In this document: positions 63,007-64,000 of the stretch, piece after piece
Layout of the letters: every line of letters starts with the position of its first letter
Position numbering within the stretch: position 1 is the stretch's first letter
Assembly: GCF_963921235.1 (NCBI RefSeq)
Contig: NC_086097.1
Span: 15,066,001-15,130,000, forward strand
Length of the DNA: 64,000 nucleotides
Origin: Mobula hypostoma
Taxonomy: Eukaryota
Direction of reading: 5' to 3'
Notes under the pieces: model-generated
Told to the model about the DNA's origin: nothing
Databases searched by the model: none
What the model saw: the letters and a program-made list of their open reading frames with translations, nothing else
Position numbers and translations under genes: made by a program

Positions 63007-63938
63007 CAACACACATCAAAGTTGCTGGTGAATGCAGCAGGCCAGGCAGCATCTCTAGGAAGAGGTACAGTCGACGTTTCGGGCCGAGACCCTTCGTCAG
63101 GACTAACTGAAGGAAGAGCTAGTAAGAGATTTGAAAGTGGGGGGGGGGAGATCCAAAATGATAGGAGAAGACAGGAGGGGGAGGGATGGAGCCAAGAGCT
63201 GGACAGGTGATTGGCAAAAGGGATATGAGAGGATCATGGGACAGGAGGCCCAGGGAGAAGGAAAAGGGGGAAGGGGGGGGAACCCAGAGGATGGGCAAGG
63301 GGTATAGTCAGAGGGACAGAGGGAGAAAAAGGAGAGTGAGAGAAAGAATGTGTGTATATAAATAAATAACGGATGGGGTACGAGGGGGAGGTGGGGCATT
63401 AGTGGACATTAGAGAAAGATGAAGCCACAATCACGTTGGAGGAACAACACCTTATATTCCGTCTGGGTAGCCTCCAACCTGATGGCATGAACATTGACTT
63501 CTCTAACTTCCGCTAATGCCCCACCTCCCCCTCGTACCCCATCTTTTATTTTTATACACACATTCTTTCTCTCACTCTCCTTTTTCTCCCTCTGTCCCTT
63601 TTTCTATACACCCTTTGCCCATCCTCTGGGTTCCCCCCCCCTTTTCCTTCTCCCTGGGCCTCCTGTCCCATGATCCTCTCATATCCCTTTTGCCAATCAC
63701 CTGTCCAGCTTTTGGCTCCATCCCTCCCCCTCCTGTCTTCTCCTATCACTTTGGATCTCCCCCTCTCCCTCCCACTTTCAAAGCTCTTCCTTCAGTTAGT
63801 CCCGACGAAGAAGAGTCTCGGCCCGAAACGTCGACTGTACCTCTTCCTAGAGATGCTGCCTGGCCTGCTGCGTTCACCAGCAACTTTGATGTGTGTTGCT
63901 TGAATTTCCAGCATCTGCAGAATTCCTCGTGTTTACAT
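63007..63938. mobile_element. Penelope-like insertion with inverted terminal repeats
   Basis: 10-bp TSD TGTGACACTG (62997-63006 and 63939-63948). About 400-bp inverted arms. 63418-63516 encodes DEATITLEEQHLIFRLGSLQPDGMNIDFSNFR then a stop. Confidence 0.88.
63068..63105 (-). ncRNA. Minimal hammerhead ribozyme motif (extra-A variant)
   Basis: Minus strand reads UAGUC-CUGACGA-A-GGG[UCUCGG]CCC-GAAA-CG-UC-GACUG. Confidence 0.62.
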
Positions 63939-64000
63939 TGTGACACTGTAATTTCCTTTGGGATCAGTAAAGTATCTATCTATCTATCTACAGCTACAAG

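Larger units (their letters stand above)
62085..63990 (+). mobile_element. Rex1/Babar-like LINE 3' half, tail interrupted by a Penelope-like insertion
   Basis: Encodes STGAPQGTVLAPFLFTL...LQKFSDDSAIV...WCKLNHLQLN. The tail resumes at 63939 and ends in (TATC)n. Confidence 0.85.

Noticed and set aside
63797..63837. Functional hammerhead in the right arm of the inverted element
   Set aside because: The core reads CCGACGA (U4 mutated) and a GAA duplication disrupts stem II, so it is probably inactive.
46282..64000. Further upstream CCDC85C exons
   Set aside because: I looked for the expected upstream motifs (recalled as PYHSESQL-like and coiled-coil segments) on the minus strand and found none. 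They are probably beyond the window, though a diverged exon could have been missed.

Overview
Vertebrate genomic DNA. The repeat complement (HE1-like V-SINEs, CR1/HER1-type LINEs, Rex1/Babar LINEs, Penelope-like elements) suggests a cartilaginous fish, probably a ray; this is inference. Two convergent genes can be rebuilt exon by exon with GT-AG junctions and consistent phases. The last six coding exons of cyclin K (CCNK) lie on the + strand at 1063-13739. The last three coding exons of CCDC85C lie on the - strand at 46281-39861, the tail-to-tail arrangement I recall from mammals. Much of the remainder is transposon debris. The most notable signal is a family of about 20 Penelope-like terminal-repeat fragments carrying a minimal type-I hammerhead ribozyme core (stem I-CUGANGA-stem II-GAAA-CG-UC-stem I'). 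Five of these are discrete insertions bounded by 9-14 bp target-site duplications, with a shared TGTTT 3' end, and four of the five contain an internal inversion. They include a near-perfect 97-bp hairpin holding two back-to-back ribozyme motifs. Also noted: a candidate alternative last exon of CCNK next to a CTCF-like motif, a probably very long CCDC85C 3'UTR, a ~70-bp hAT-type MITE family and a 36-bp hairpin-containing minisatellite. All identifications are from reading and recall, with no database search. Repeat boundaries are approximate unless a TSD is given.
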